NCBI GenBank assembly: GCA_016842045.1
Contig: JAEVEY010000140.1
Span: 23,242-87,241 of the forward strand
DNA length: 64,000 nt
Direction of reading: 5' to 3'
Origin: Candidatus Thermoflexus sinensis
GTDB taxonomy: Bacteria; Chloroflexota; Anaerolineae; Thermoflexales; Thermoflexaceae
The translations under genes and the position numbers were made by a program. The notes beneath the pieces are model-generated. The model was not told where the DNA came from. It saw only the letters and a list, made by a program, of their open reading frames with translations, and did no database searches. Numbering within the stretch: the stretch's first letter is position 1; every line of letters begins with the position of its first letter. This document shows, piece after piece, positions 8,289-17,216 of the stretch.

Positions 8289-9680
8289 TTACGCCTCCGC
8301 CGGGGCTCCAGCGGCCACCTCCCAGGCCTTCGGGTTCCGCTGGTAAAGGAAGATCAGAACGGCCAGGACGGCCAGCAGGATCAACAGCCCAATTACCCCC
8401 GCCAACCGCACGGCGCTTACGAAGACGAACGGCGGCCAGAGGAAGCCATCGGCAATGCTGGTGATCCGCACCGCACCCTCTGGCATCTGGAACCCGGAAG
8501 CCACCGCCGCCGAGGTGAAGAGATCCGCCATCCCGGTCGCGATATAGAAGCCCACCGCCAGCGTGAGGGTGCCCGCAAGAATCATTCGGAAGATGTTCCC
8601 CCGCATCAAAGGGGCGAACATCGCCACCACGAAGGGGATCACCGCAAGGTCTGCGAAGAGGATCACCCGGTTGCCGGGCAGGATAGCGCTGAGCAGGATC
8701 GCCACCGGCACCAGCACCAATGCGGTCGAGATAGCAGCCGGATGGCCGATTAGGATCGCTGAATCCAGCCCAATGTAGATCTCTCGACCGCCCGCCCGCC
8801 GCTGCATGAAGTCCCGGGCTGCCTCCGAGACCGGGATCAAGCCCTCCATCAGGATTTGCACCATCCGCGGCAGAAGGAGCATCACCGCCGCCAAGTTCAT
8901 CGCCGTCTTGAGAACCTTCACCACCACAGTCTGAACATCACCGGCGTTATAGAAACCCAGGATCCCGAGGATCAGACCGATGATCAGTCCCAGAATCACC
9001 GGTTCCCCCGCGACCCCCAGCCTCCGGCGGATGGCCTCCGGGTCTGCCTGCACATCCCGTAGACCCGGGATCCGATCGATGATCCAGTTCACCACAATCG
9101 CGATGGGCACTCCTGGAGCGGTGGTCAGATGAGGAATCGAAATCCCCGGGAGGCTGTAGAAGCGCTGAACTGCGGGAGCTGTCCAGTCAGCGAAAAAGAG
9201 CGCCAGCGCAGCGGCGATCGCTGCAGCCAGAAGGCCAAAGAGGAGATTTCCCGTGGCAGCCACGACGAGCGAGCCGATGAACGCGAAGTGCCAGTAGTTC
9301 CAGACATCAATGTCCAGGGTTTTGGTCAGACGGGTCACCAGCATCACGATGTTCACAAGCAGTGTGAGAGGGATCACCCACAGGCCGACCGCGGAGCCGA
9401 AAGCGATGGCCGCCGCCGAGGGCCAGCCTACGTCCACCACGTCCCGCTGGATGCCCGTGTTCTTCACCATCGCCTGGGCGACCTCGGAGAGGTTGGTCCA
9501 CATCAGGCCGATGACCAGGTTGATCCCAATGAAGGCAATGCCAATGGTCACACCGGCCCGAAACGCCCGCCCAGGCTGCGCCCCCAGGGCGACGGCAAAA
9601 AGGAAGATAATAATGGGCAATGCAACGGTGGCTCCCAGATTATCAATGATCGCCTTCAATGTGCTCAGGAAGACCTCCAT
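8289..9680 (-). CDS. PTS galactitol-family (Gat) EIIC permease
   Basis: DVGWPSAAAIAFG, TKTLDIDVWNYWHFAF and YIGLDSAILIGHP are GatC-family signatures. Confidence 0.92.
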   Translation of the reverse strand: MEVFLSTLKAIIDNLGATVALPIIIFLFAVALGAQPGRAFRAGVTIGIAFIGINLVIGLMWTNLSEVAQAMVKNTGIQRDVVDVGWPSAAAIAFGSAVGLWVIPLTLLVNIVMLVTRLTKTLDIDVWNYWHFAFIGSLVVAATGNLLFGLLAAAIAAALALFFADWTAPAVQRFYSLPGISIPHLTTAPGVPIAIVVNWIIDRIPGLRDVQADPEAIRRRLGVAGEPVILGLIIGLILGILGFYNAGDVQTVVVKVLKTAMNLAAVMLLLPRMVQILMEGLIPVSEAARDFMQRRAGGREIYIGLDSAILIGHPAAISTALVLVPVAILLSAILPGNRVILFADLAVIPFVVAMFAPLMRGNIFRMILAGTLTLAVGFYIATGMADLFTSAAVASGFQMPEGAVRITSIADGFLWPPFVFVSAVRLAGVIGLLILLAVLAVLIFLYQRNPKAWEVAAGAPAEA

Positions 9681-9793
9681 GGCTACCTCCTTTTACGTGG
9701 GATGGAAGAAACACGGCGTTCTTCTACTCAGACCACCAGAGGCAGTCCCCGGGGGTTTGCCTCTTCCCATCCACGCTTCATTCCTCCTCTCGA

Positions 9794-10084
9794 TTAGCGC
9801 TTCCGCAAGATATCCGCAATCTGATCCAGCACCTGATCCTTACCGATCCCCGTTAGGAAGGCCAGCGTTTGGATGACCGGGATCCCCAGGTCCTGAGGAA
9901 CGGGGGTAGTGGTCACCACCAGGTCAAAATCCTTGGCCAGCGCTGGGACCTCTGCCGCCTTGCATTGGCGAGTGACCACCGGGATGCCCCGTGCCGCCAA
10001 TCCCTCCTCGATCGCTTTTGCGACCACTGTGGAGGTCGCAATAGCCGTTCCACAGGCCACCAGCACCCGCTTCGGTTGAGTCAT
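9794..10084 (-). CDS. PTS galactitol-family EIIB
   Basis: VLVACGTAIATST phosphoacceptor Cys loop. GGAGG RBS before ATG 10084. Confidence 0.92.
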   Translation of the reverse strand: MTQPKRVLVACGTAIATSTVVAKAIEEGLAARGIPVVTRQCKAAEVPALAKDFDLVVTTTPVPQDLGIPVIQTLAFLTGIGKDQVLDQIADILRKR

Positions 10085-10213
10085 AGGCACCTCCCGACCG
10101 AATCATAGCTTCATGATGAGTCCCTGAATCCTGCGAAAAAGGCCTTCTCCTTGCAAACTCTCCGAAACGCAGAGAGAAAAAGCACTCCAGACCAGATGGG
10201 CATCCGGTCGAAG

Positions 10214-10705
10214 TTAGGGGAGCCCCAGACGCTCGATCAATTCCTCAGGCGAACTGGACTCGTAGACTCGTTGGACCCGTTCCGGATCCTGAAACAGCTG
10301 CGCCAGACGCCGTAACATCTCAATCTGTCCGTGGGGCTCATTCAGTGCCATCACGATTACCACCGAAGTCCATACGATTTCCTCCGGGTTCGCCATGTTC
10401 CGAAAGGCTACTGGGCGCTCCAGCGTGGCGATCGCCAGCGCAGGAACAATCACATGCTCTACATCGGCGTGTGGGATCGCCACGTGCAGATCACCGGCCA
10501 GCGGGAGGCCCGTCGGGTTCGTCCGCTCCCGTTCCAGGACCGCCTCTACGAACGAGGGCCGGACAAACCCTTCCTCCTCCAGGCGCGCGGCTAGATGCCG
10601 GATTACCTCCTCCGCGGAGGAAGCCTTCATCCGCACCATAATCAGACGCGGCGATACGACCACCTCTGGCGTCGCTGGAGGAGCTTCCCGACGTCCTTCA
10701 TCCAT
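10214..10705 (-). CDS. PTS EIIA (fructose/mannitol/galactitol class)
   Basis: LERERTNPTGL...VAIPHAD motif with the phospho-His. Confidence 0.92.
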   Translation of the reverse strand: MDEGRREAPPATPEVVVSPRLIMVRMKASSAEEVIRHLAARLEEEGFVRPSFVEAVLERERTNPTGLPLAGDLHVAIPHADVEHVIVPALAIATLERPVAFRNMANPEEIVWTSVVIVMALNEPHGQIEMLRRLAQLFQDPERVQRVYESSSPEELIERLGLP

Positions 10706-10715
10706 CGCTTCCCCC

Positions 10716-12017
10716 TTACCCCAGCAGGATCCCTGGCCGCTCCAGAGCGATGCGCAGATCCTCCAGGAACCGCGCCGCCTGGGCGCCGTCCACGATGCGA
10801 TGATCGGCCGTGAGCGTGAGGGTGGCCATCGAACGGACCTCCACTCGATCCCCTTCTCCGACGACGGGCCGCCTGGCCACCCGCCCGACGGCCAGGATGG
10901 CCGCCTGGGGCGGGTTCAGGATCGCGGTGAAGCGATCCACCCCATACATCCCCAGGTTCGAGATGGTGAAGGTCCCACCCTGCAGGTCCTCCGGCCGAAG
11001 CCGTCCTTCCCGCGCCCGGGCGGCTTTCTCCTCCAGCTCGCGGGCGATCTCCGTCAGGCCCTTTCGGTCCGCGGCGGGCACCACCGGCACCACCAGGCCC
11101 TCCGGTACTGCCACCGCCACCCCGATGTTCACATCCTCCCACTCCAGGATCTCCTCCCCCTCCAGGGTAGCGTTCAGGGCGGGGTGCCGCCGCAGGGCCC
11201 AGGCGCAGGCCCGGATCAGGAGGGCCGTCAGGGTCACCCGAACCCCGACCGCCCGCTCCGCCCAGGCGGAAAGATCCTCCACAACACCCAATGCCCGGTC
11301 CATCACCACGTCTATACTGACCGTGAATTGAGGCGCCTCCCGAACGCTTCGGGTCATCCGCTCCGCGATGGCTCGCCGCATCCCGGTAAGGGGCACACGT
11401 CGGCGCACGGCCATACGGGGCAGAGCTTCCACCTCCGCGATCCGCTGCATCCCCGCTGCGGCCCGCAACACATCCGCCGACTGGATCCGGCCTCCCGGGC
11501 CGGTCCCTTCCACTTTCCGCAGATCCACACTTAGCTCCCGGGCCAGCCGTCGAGCGGCCGGGACAGCCTTCACCTTTCCTTCGTAAGCTTCTCCCACCTC
11601 CTGTCGGGCCAGATACGCTTCCACATCGGCCTTCGTCACCCGTCCACCCGGGCCTGTCCCGGGCACGGCGGAAAGATCCAGGCCGTGGGCCTGGGCCAGC
11701 CGCTCGGCCAGCGGCGTCGCCCGTGGCGCAGCCGGGGAAGGGAGTGGGGATGGCGCTGGCGCCTCTGACCAGACCTCGCCGGGCAACAGGATATAAGCGA
11801 TCGGCTCTCCAATGGGCACCACCTCCCCGGGGCTTGCGCGGATCCCGATCAGGGTGCCGCTGGCTGGCGCCTCCACTTCCATCGCCACCTTATCCGTTTC
11901 CACCTCGAGGATGGCCTCGCCCTTCGCGACGGTCTCCCCTTCCCGCTTCAGCCAGCGAAGGATCTTCCCGCTCTCCTGTGCCATTTCAAATTTCGGCATG
12001 ATCACCGGCACCGGCAT
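10716..12017 (-). CDS. Dihydrolipoamide acyltransferase E2 of a 2-oxoacid/acetoin-type dehydrogenase complex
   Basis: Lipoyl domain (ETDKVAME), two E3/E1-binding repeats (GTGPGGRV/I), catalytic DHRIVDG. Confidence 0.93.
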   Translation of the reverse strand: MPVPVIMPKFEMAQESGKILRWLKREGETVAKGEAILEVETDKVAMEVEAPASGTLIGIRASPGEVVPIGEPIAYILLPGEVWSEAPAPSPLPSPAAPRATPLAERLAQAHGLDLSAVPGTGPGGRVTKADVEAYLARQEVGEAYEGKVKAVPAARRLARELSVDLRKVEGTGPGGRIQSADVLRAAAGMQRIAEVEALPRMAVRRRVPLTGMRRAIAERMTRSVREAPQFTVSIDVVMDRALGVVEDLSAWAERAVGVRVTLTALLIRACAWALRRHPALNATLEGEEILEWEDVNIGVAVAVPEGLVVPVVPAADRKGLTEIARELEEKAARAREGRLRPEDLQGGTFTISNLGMYGVDRFTAILNPPQAAILAVGRVARRPVVGEGDRVEVRSMATLTLTADHRIVDGAQAARFLEDLRIALERPGILLG

Positions 12018-12065
12018 CCCAACCCCCCGAGGTCGACGTTGGGGTTGATTGGCCCGTCCTCCCGG

Positions 12066-14123
12066 CTAAAGCTCCAGCCGTGCCAGCCGTCGAGCCGCCT
12101 CGACGATATCTTCCACCTGGGGCACGGCCGCGCGCTCCAGCCGGGGGTGATAGGGAATGGGAACATCCGCCCCGCCCAACCGAACGATGGGGGCCTCCAG
12201 ATAGGCGAAGGCTTCGCTTTGAGCGATATGGGCGGCCAGCTCCCCGCCGAAGCCGCCCAGGGTCGGCGCTTCATGCACGATCAACAGCTTCCCGGTCTTC
12301 TTCACGGAAGCGATCACGGTCTCCGCGTCGTAGGGCTTCAGGGTGCGCAGATCGATCACCTCCGCCTCGATCCCTTCTGCCGTTAGCCGCTCCGCTGCCT
12401 CCAGGGCGCGGAGCACCATCAGGGAGTAAGCCACGATCGTCAGGTGTCGACCGGCCCGCCGCACCACCGCGCGCCCCAGGGGCACCACATAGGGCGCCTC
12501 CGGCACCGGCCCGCGGGCCCGGTAGAGCAACTTGTGCTCCACGAAGATCACCGGGTTCTCATCCGCCAGCGCGGCCAGCAGCAACCCCTTGGCATCGTAA
12601 GGTGTGGCCGGCGCCACCACCTTTAACCCGGGCACATGCACGAACCACGCCTCCAGGCTCTCTGAATGCTGGGCCGCCGCGCCGGTCCCGGAGCCGCCGG
12701 GGAGCCGGATCACCAGGGGCACCCGGGCCTTCCCGCCGAACATGTAGCGCACCTTCGCCGCCTGGAGGACGGTTTGTTCCATCGCCAGAGTCACGAAATC
12801 CATGAACTGCATCTCCACGATGGGCCGCATCCCGGTCAGCGCTGCGCCCACCCCAGCTCCTACAATCGTGTTCTCGGAAATGGGCGTGTCCCGCACCCGC
12901 TCCGGCCCGAACCGTTCGATCAGCCCCTGGGTGACCCCGAAAGCGCCGCCATAGACGCCGATATCTTCCCCCATCAGGAAGACTCGCTCGTCGGCCGCCA
13001 TCGCCTGGGCCATCGCCTCCCGCAGCGCCTCCGCGTAAGACAGCTCCCGCGTCCCCGCAGGCGGCTCCACGGCCGTCTCCGGCCCAAAAGTCCGCTGGAT
13101 CCAGCGGGGCGGGATCGAGGGGTCCTCCACGTAGACGTCCTCGGTCAGCTGCGCCACCGCCGGCTCCGGATCTCCCTCAGCGGCCTGCAGGGCCTCTTCG
13201 ATCGCCTGCCGGGCCCGCGCCTCCAGCTCGGTCGCCTCGGCCTCGGAGAGCCAGCCCCTGGCGATCAACCAGCTCCGGAAGCGGGCGATGGGATCCCGGG
13301 CCATCCAGGCCTGCACTTCGTCTTTCGTGCGATAGACCTGACGGTCGCTCTTGGAGTGTCCCCTGTAGCGATAGGTAAGCGCTTCGATGAGCGTGGGGCC
13401 CTCTCCGCGCCGCGCCCGCTCCACCGCTGCCCGCACCGCCCGATAAACAGCCAGGACATCCATGCCATCCACGGTCTCCCCGGGGATCCCGTAAGCGGCC
13501 GCCCGATCTGCCACCCGGGGGACGGCCATCGCTTTCCGGATCGGCATGGACATGGCGTACTGGTTGTTCTCGCAAAGGAAGATCACCGGCAGCCGCCAGA
13601 TGGCGGCCATGTTCAGCCCTTCGTGGAAGTTCCCATGGTTAGCCGCCCCATCCCCGAAGAAGCACAGCACCACCCGATCCTGCCCCTGCAGACGGATGCT
13701 CAAGCCCGCGCCCACCGCGATCGGGATCCCGCCGGCGACGATCCCATTGGCGCCGAGGTTCCCGCGCTCCAGGTCCGCCAGGTGCATCGACCCGCCCCGA
13801 CCCCGGCACACGCCGGTTTCCTTCCCTAACAACTCCGCCAGCATCGCCCGGATGTCCTGCCCTTTGGCGATGGCGTGGCCGTGGCCTCGATGGGTCGAGG
13901 TGATGGAATCGTCCGGCCGGAGCGCAGCGATCGCTCCCACCGCCACGGCCTCCTGGCCGATGGAAAGATGCATCGTGCCGTGCATTTTCCCGGCCGCGTA
14001 AAGCTGTTCCACGGTCTCTTCGAAGGCCCGGATGAGATGCATCTGATAGAGCCAGTCCCGCAGACGCTCCGGGGGAAGATCGATCTCTGCCTCCAGGGCC
14101 GATATCGTCGGTGTCTCACGCAT
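12066..14123 (-). CDS. Fused E1 alpha-beta TPP-dependent dehydrogenase (acetoin/2-oxoacid dehydrogenase-like)
   Basis: Alpha half: [19 protein letters not shown] motif GDGA...ENNQY, GHSKSD. Beta half: GEDIG..GG, DTPISE, EMQFMDF, QHSES. Confidence 0.93.
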   Translation of the reverse strand: MRETPTISALEAEIDLPPERLRDWLYQMHLIRAFEETVEQLYAAGKMHGTMHLSIGQEAVAVGAIAALRPDDSITSTHRGHGHAIAKGQDIRAMLAELLGKETGVCRGRGGSMHLADLERGNLGANGIVAGGIPIAVGAGLSIRLQGQDRVVLCFFGDGAANHGNFHEGLNMAAIWRLPVIFLCENNQYAMSMPIRKAMAVPRVADRAAAYGIPGETVDGMDVLAVYRAVRAAVERARRGEGPTLIEALTYRYRGHSKSDRQVYRTKDEVQAWMARDPIARFRSWLIARGWLSEAEATELEARARQAIEEALQAAEGDPEPAVAQLTEDVYVEDPSIPPRWIQRTFGPETAVEPPAGTRELSYAEALREAMAQAMAADERVFLMGEDIGVYGGAFGVTQGLIERFGPERVRDTPISENTIVGAGVGAALTGMRPIVEMQFMDFVTLAMEQTVLQAAKVRYMFGGKARVPLVIRLPGGSGTGAAAQHSESLEAWFVHVPGLKVVAPATPYDAKGLLLAALADENPVIFVEHKLLYRARGPVPEAPYVVPLGRAVVRRAGRHLTIVAYSLMVLRALEAAERLTAEGIEAEVIDLRTLKPYDAETVIASVKKTGKLLIVHEAPTLGGFGGELAAHIAQSEAFAYLEAPIVRLGGADVPIPYHPRLERAAVPQVEDIVEAARRLARLEL

Positions 14124-15072
14124 AGGCCATCGCTCCTTCCAGGGCTAACACGGCGGCAGCGGCCTCGGCGTCGGTCACCAGCACATCCACATAGCCGCCA
14201 CGAAGCGCTGCCCGGATGGCCGGTGCCTTCGCAACGCCGCCTGCCACAGCGATCACCGTGGGGATCCGGCGCAGGGCTTCCGGCTCCAGGCCCACCACCC
14301 GTCGGTTCAACGGATGATCCAGAAGGTTCCCCTCCGCATCCAGCGCCCGGGCCAGCACATCGCCCACCGCGCCGGCCGTCCGCAACGCTTCCAGCTCGGC
14401 CTCGGTGAGGTAACCTGCCCGCCGCAGGCTGGAAAGACGGGGATCCACCGAGCCGATCCCGATCAGGGCCACATGGACTTTGCGGGCTATCGCCAGCGTC
14501 TCCGCAATCGCGCGCTCGCGCTGCAGCGCCTGGGCGACCGCTTCGCTTTCCACCAGCAACGGGGCGTGCAGATGTCGGACCGGGGCCTCCAGCTTCTCCG
14601 CCAGCCAGCGGGCGAGCTCCGGCCCATCGATCATGGGATCGCCCGCTCCGAGGGCGCCGATGATCTGGATCACCTGCGCTCCTTTCACCGGGAGCTCCGG
14701 CATCGCCCGCACCACCTCGTAAACCGCCGTTCCCCAGCTGATCCCGATCCGAACGCCAGGGCGCAACCGCTCCTGCAAGGCACGGGCCCCCAGCTCCCCC
14801 AGGCGACGCAGGAGCAAACGGGAATCGGAGGGAGGATCAGCGAGGACACGGGCTTCCCGAAGAGGGAAGGCGCTCTGCAGGGCTTTCGCCAGCTGGGGAT
14901 CCGTTTTGAGGGGATGGCGAACCCGGATTTCCACCAGGCCGCGGGCGCGGGCTTCTTTGAGGTAGCGGGAAACCATCGAACGCGAGCACCCCAACCGGCG
15001 GGCGATCGCCGCCTGATCCAGGCCCTCCTCGTAATACCAGGACGCGATCTCGGCCAATCGCTCGTCATCCAT
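14116..15072 (-). CDS. SorC/LsrR/DeoR(Bacillus)-family sugar-phosphate-binding transcriptional regulator
   Basis: N-terminal HTH ([24 protein letters not shown]) plus sugar-binding domain ([24 protein letters not shown]...LVTD). Confidence 0.92.
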   Translation of the reverse strand: MDDERLAEIASWYYEEGLDQAAIARRLGCSRSMVSRYLKEARARGLVEIRVRHPLKTDPQLAKALQSAFPLREARVLADPPSDSRLLLRRLGELGARALQERLRPGVRIGISWGTAVYEVVRAMPELPVKGAQVIQIIGALGAGDPMIDGPELARWLAEKLEAPVRHLHAPLLVESEAVAQALQRERAIAETLAIARKVHVALIGIGSVDPRLSSLRRAGYLTEAELEALRTAGAVGDVLARALDAEGNLLDHPLNRRVVGLEPEALRRIPTVIAVAGGVAKAPAIRAALRGGYVDVLVTDAEAAAAVLALEGAMAYA

Positions 15073-15114
15073 AGGGAGGTCGCAAATGTGAATAAAGAGT
15101 CAACTTCTTCAACG

Positions 15115-15143
15115 ATTGTAAGAGCAGGGGGGCTTACTGTCAA
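15115..15143 (-). promoter_or_regulatory. Sigma70-type promoter of the regulator-E1-E2-PTS operon
   Basis: Minus strand TTGACA-17 bp-TACAAT, about 40 bp upstream of the regulator start. Confidence 0.75.
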
Positions 15144-15379
15144 GAGGGAGCCATCCGGTGAGGGGGCGCGTCCCATTTTCGTCGGTGGCTTCTATCCGGC
15201 TCCTTGCGCTCGCCTTTTGTCTCCTTCCAGAACCCCTGCAGGCATTAGCCTGGGGGCTTTGCAGATGGAGTCGCCGCCTCGGAAGCTGACTCAAGGCGAT
15301 CGCTTAAAGCCTTCGCCAACCTCTTGAGAAGGGCGTCAATGAGGGTTGAAGCCCGGTGCTCTGGCGCTCAGGGCGACGG

Positions 15380-15600
15380 GGTAGTAATGTGGGGTGCAGG
15401 GATCCGAAGGCTTTTGGGAGGAGGCTGGAGAGGATCCGGGAGACGGTTCTTCACCGGTGCACTCGTTGTGGCTGCCTCCACATCATCCGCAATGGACGCC
15501 GCGCCCGTGGAGACCCCAGGTATCGGCGCAGGGATGGTGACGCCATCCGGGGGTGGAAGACCGGGGTGCGCTGCACCGATTCCTGGAGCTCCCAGGATCT
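15380..15600 (+). pseudogene. IS1-family transposase relic (degenerate zinc-finger domain joined to a TDxW segment)
   Basis: Translates CTRCGCLHIIRNG...PRYRRRDG (cf. CPxCGSxxIxKNG...RYRCxxC), then VRCTDSWSS (cf. IS1 TDxWxxY). GGTAGTAATG at the left resembles an IS1-type end. Confidence 0.55.
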
Positions 15601-15615
15601 CGGGTTAAAATTAAA

Positions 15616-15801
15616 TAGGAGTTACGCGGTTGGTTTTCTCCTAAGGGTTTTGGGGGGAGTCGCGCGCCGAAGGCGCGCGACTCCCCCCAAAGAATATATT
15701 GATCCCCCCTCCCCACGGCCCTTTGGGCCCTGGGGCGGGGGGATAAAGGGGGGTGGGGCCATTCTACCTCTTCTCGCGAGCCCCGAACTGTGTAACTCCT
15801 A
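15616..15801. mobile_element. MITE, TAGG-TIR family, long subtype B
   Basis: TAGGAGTTACGCGGTT ... AACTGTGTAACTCCTA. Flanks TTAAA / TTAAG. Near-identical to 3305-3489. Confidence 0.85.
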
Positions 15802-16010
15802 TTAAGAATGATGCCGTCAACTTTCTTCCTTTTTTGGGGCTGGGCCCGGCGCCTTCGGTGCCCGGCCCAGTTTCTCAAACCCGGGGCGAAAAACGGATCA
15901 GGCTGTGTCGTTCCTTCATCGGAGGATTCGAAGCCGTCGCGAAACGGAAAAATCCGTTGCCTCTCGAGCCGATCACAGGAGTCCGTCTCTTTGGCGTCCA
16001 GAGGTGTCCC

Positions 16011-16238
16011 ATGGCGGCGACGACGTTCAGTGAGGCGGAGCGGAAGGTTCTGATCTACCTGCGGGACCACCGGGGATATCATAGCCCTTACACCATCGCC
16101 CGGGATCTGGCGATGAACCCCCGGGAGGTCATCCGGATTCTGGAGGAGCTCTCCGCCCGGGGGCTGGTGCGCCAGAGCCTGGCCAACCCGGTTTACGGCA
16201 TCACCGATCAGGGGCGGGCCGCCATTGGGGAGGGATAA
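16011..16238 (+). CDS. Small winged-helix DNA-binding protein (75 aa)
   Basis: GAGGTG RBS. SEAERKVLIYL...SPYTIARDLAMNPREVIRILEELSARGLV...YGITDQG is a typical wHTH pattern. Confidence 0.75.
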   Translation: MAATTFSEAERKVLIYLRDHRGYHSPYTIARDLAMNPREVIRILEELSARGLVRQSLANPVYGITDQGRAAIGEG

Positions 16239-16476
16239 CGGGACCTCCCCGGGTGACGGTTCAGGACCTGCTGTGAGAAAAGGCAGGGATGAGCCGGCCT
16301 TTGCTCATTCCCGCGAGGGATGGGGATTGCTTTTTGCAAGAGCAGCGCTGCGAACCGTTCTCCAGACGGGAGCGAAGGGGTTACGCCGTTTCCTTTCCCC
16401 CTTATCGTAGCGCTCCTCTCCGCTCGAAAGGCCCGCATCCGCCGCCCCCTTGCCTTCTGGATCTCTCCGGGAAAGC

Positions 16477-16514
16477 AAAAAACGGGGCGGGCGGCATTGC
16501 CGCCCGCCCCGTTT
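16477..16514 (-). terminator. Rho-independent terminator of rpsT
   Basis: 16 bp GC stem followed by a T6 tract on the minus strand, 20 bp after the rpsT stop. Confidence 0.85.
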
Positions 16515-16534
16515 CTCTGAACCTGCCGGTCTTC

Positions 16535-16825
16535 TCAGGCTGATGCGGTCGCCTGAACCGGACCGAAAGTTCGATGGAACTGCTGCATCAGGCGGGACTT
16601 GAGGCGGGCGGCGGTGTTCCTGTGGATCACCCCCTTGCGAGCCGCCCGGTCCAGCTCCCGATAAGCCTCCTGAATGGCCTTCCTCGCCGCTTCCAGGTCA
16701 GCCTGGGCAATAGCCTGACGGGCGTACTTCACAAAAGTGCGGACCCGTGTGCGAATCGCGCGGTTCCGTTGTCGTCGCCGTTCCGATTTACGCAGCTCTT
16801 TCAACGCGGATTTTGTGTTCGGCAA
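16535..16825 (-). CDS. rpsT: 30S ribosomal protein S20
   Basis: MPNTKSALKELRKSERRRQRNR, LDRAARKGVIHRNTAARLKSRL. TTG start with GGAGG RBS. Confidence 0.97.
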   Translation of the reverse strand: MPNTKSALKELRKSERRRQRNRAIRTRVRTFVKYARQAIAQADLEAARKAIQEAYRELDRAARKGVIHRNTAARLKSRLMQQFHRTFGPVQATASA

Positions 16826-16918
16826 GGATGCACCTCCTGGGCCTGGGATCTTCCGAAACGACCATATGGGTATTCTATCCGGGGTGCTGGACTTTCGTCA
16901 ACTGATCGGAGATCTGCC

Positions 16919-17009
16919 CGGGGCTTTTCCGTCCTCATACCGTTCGGGTCGAGCAGATGGCCTCACCTCCCTGGGTTCCCCCAAACCTCCATGGGAACGC
17001 TCAGATGAT
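16919..17009. mobile_element. Truncated, internally deleted copy of the CAGGG-ended MITE (family C)
   Basis: GGGCTTTTCCGTCCTCATACCGTTCGG ... ATGGGAACGCTCAGATGAT, cut off exactly where the TAGG MITE begins. Confidence 0.7.
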
Positions 17010-17151
17010 TAGGACTTACGCAGTTCGTTTCCCATGGGGGCAAGGATTTTTCTCCCCCCTCCCCACGGTCCTTTGGGCCGTGGGGAGGGGGGAGAAAGGG
17101 GGGTGGGGCCATTCCGTTCCACCTTTAGAGCTTTCAACTGCGTAACTCCTA
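17010..17151. mobile_element. MITE, TAGG-TIR family, subtype A
   Basis: TAGGACTTACGCAGTT ... AACTGCGTAACTCCTA, 142 bp. No flanking direct repeat. Confidence 0.87.
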
Positions 17152-17216
17152 AACGTATAATGTGAGGAGGGGGGTGGAAGGTGATGGAGATCGACCCATG
17201 AAGAGGAGCGCCAGGG

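Noticed and set aside
10112-10140. TGATGA...GAAA as a hammerhead ribozyme core
   Set aside because: Core is not CUGAUGA and stem II does not pair.
15246-15605. Minus-strand frame continuing through a TGA (possible second recoded gene)
   Set aside because: No start or RBS, no Cys-equivalent motif and no SECIS. The plus strand is better explained as an IS1 relic.
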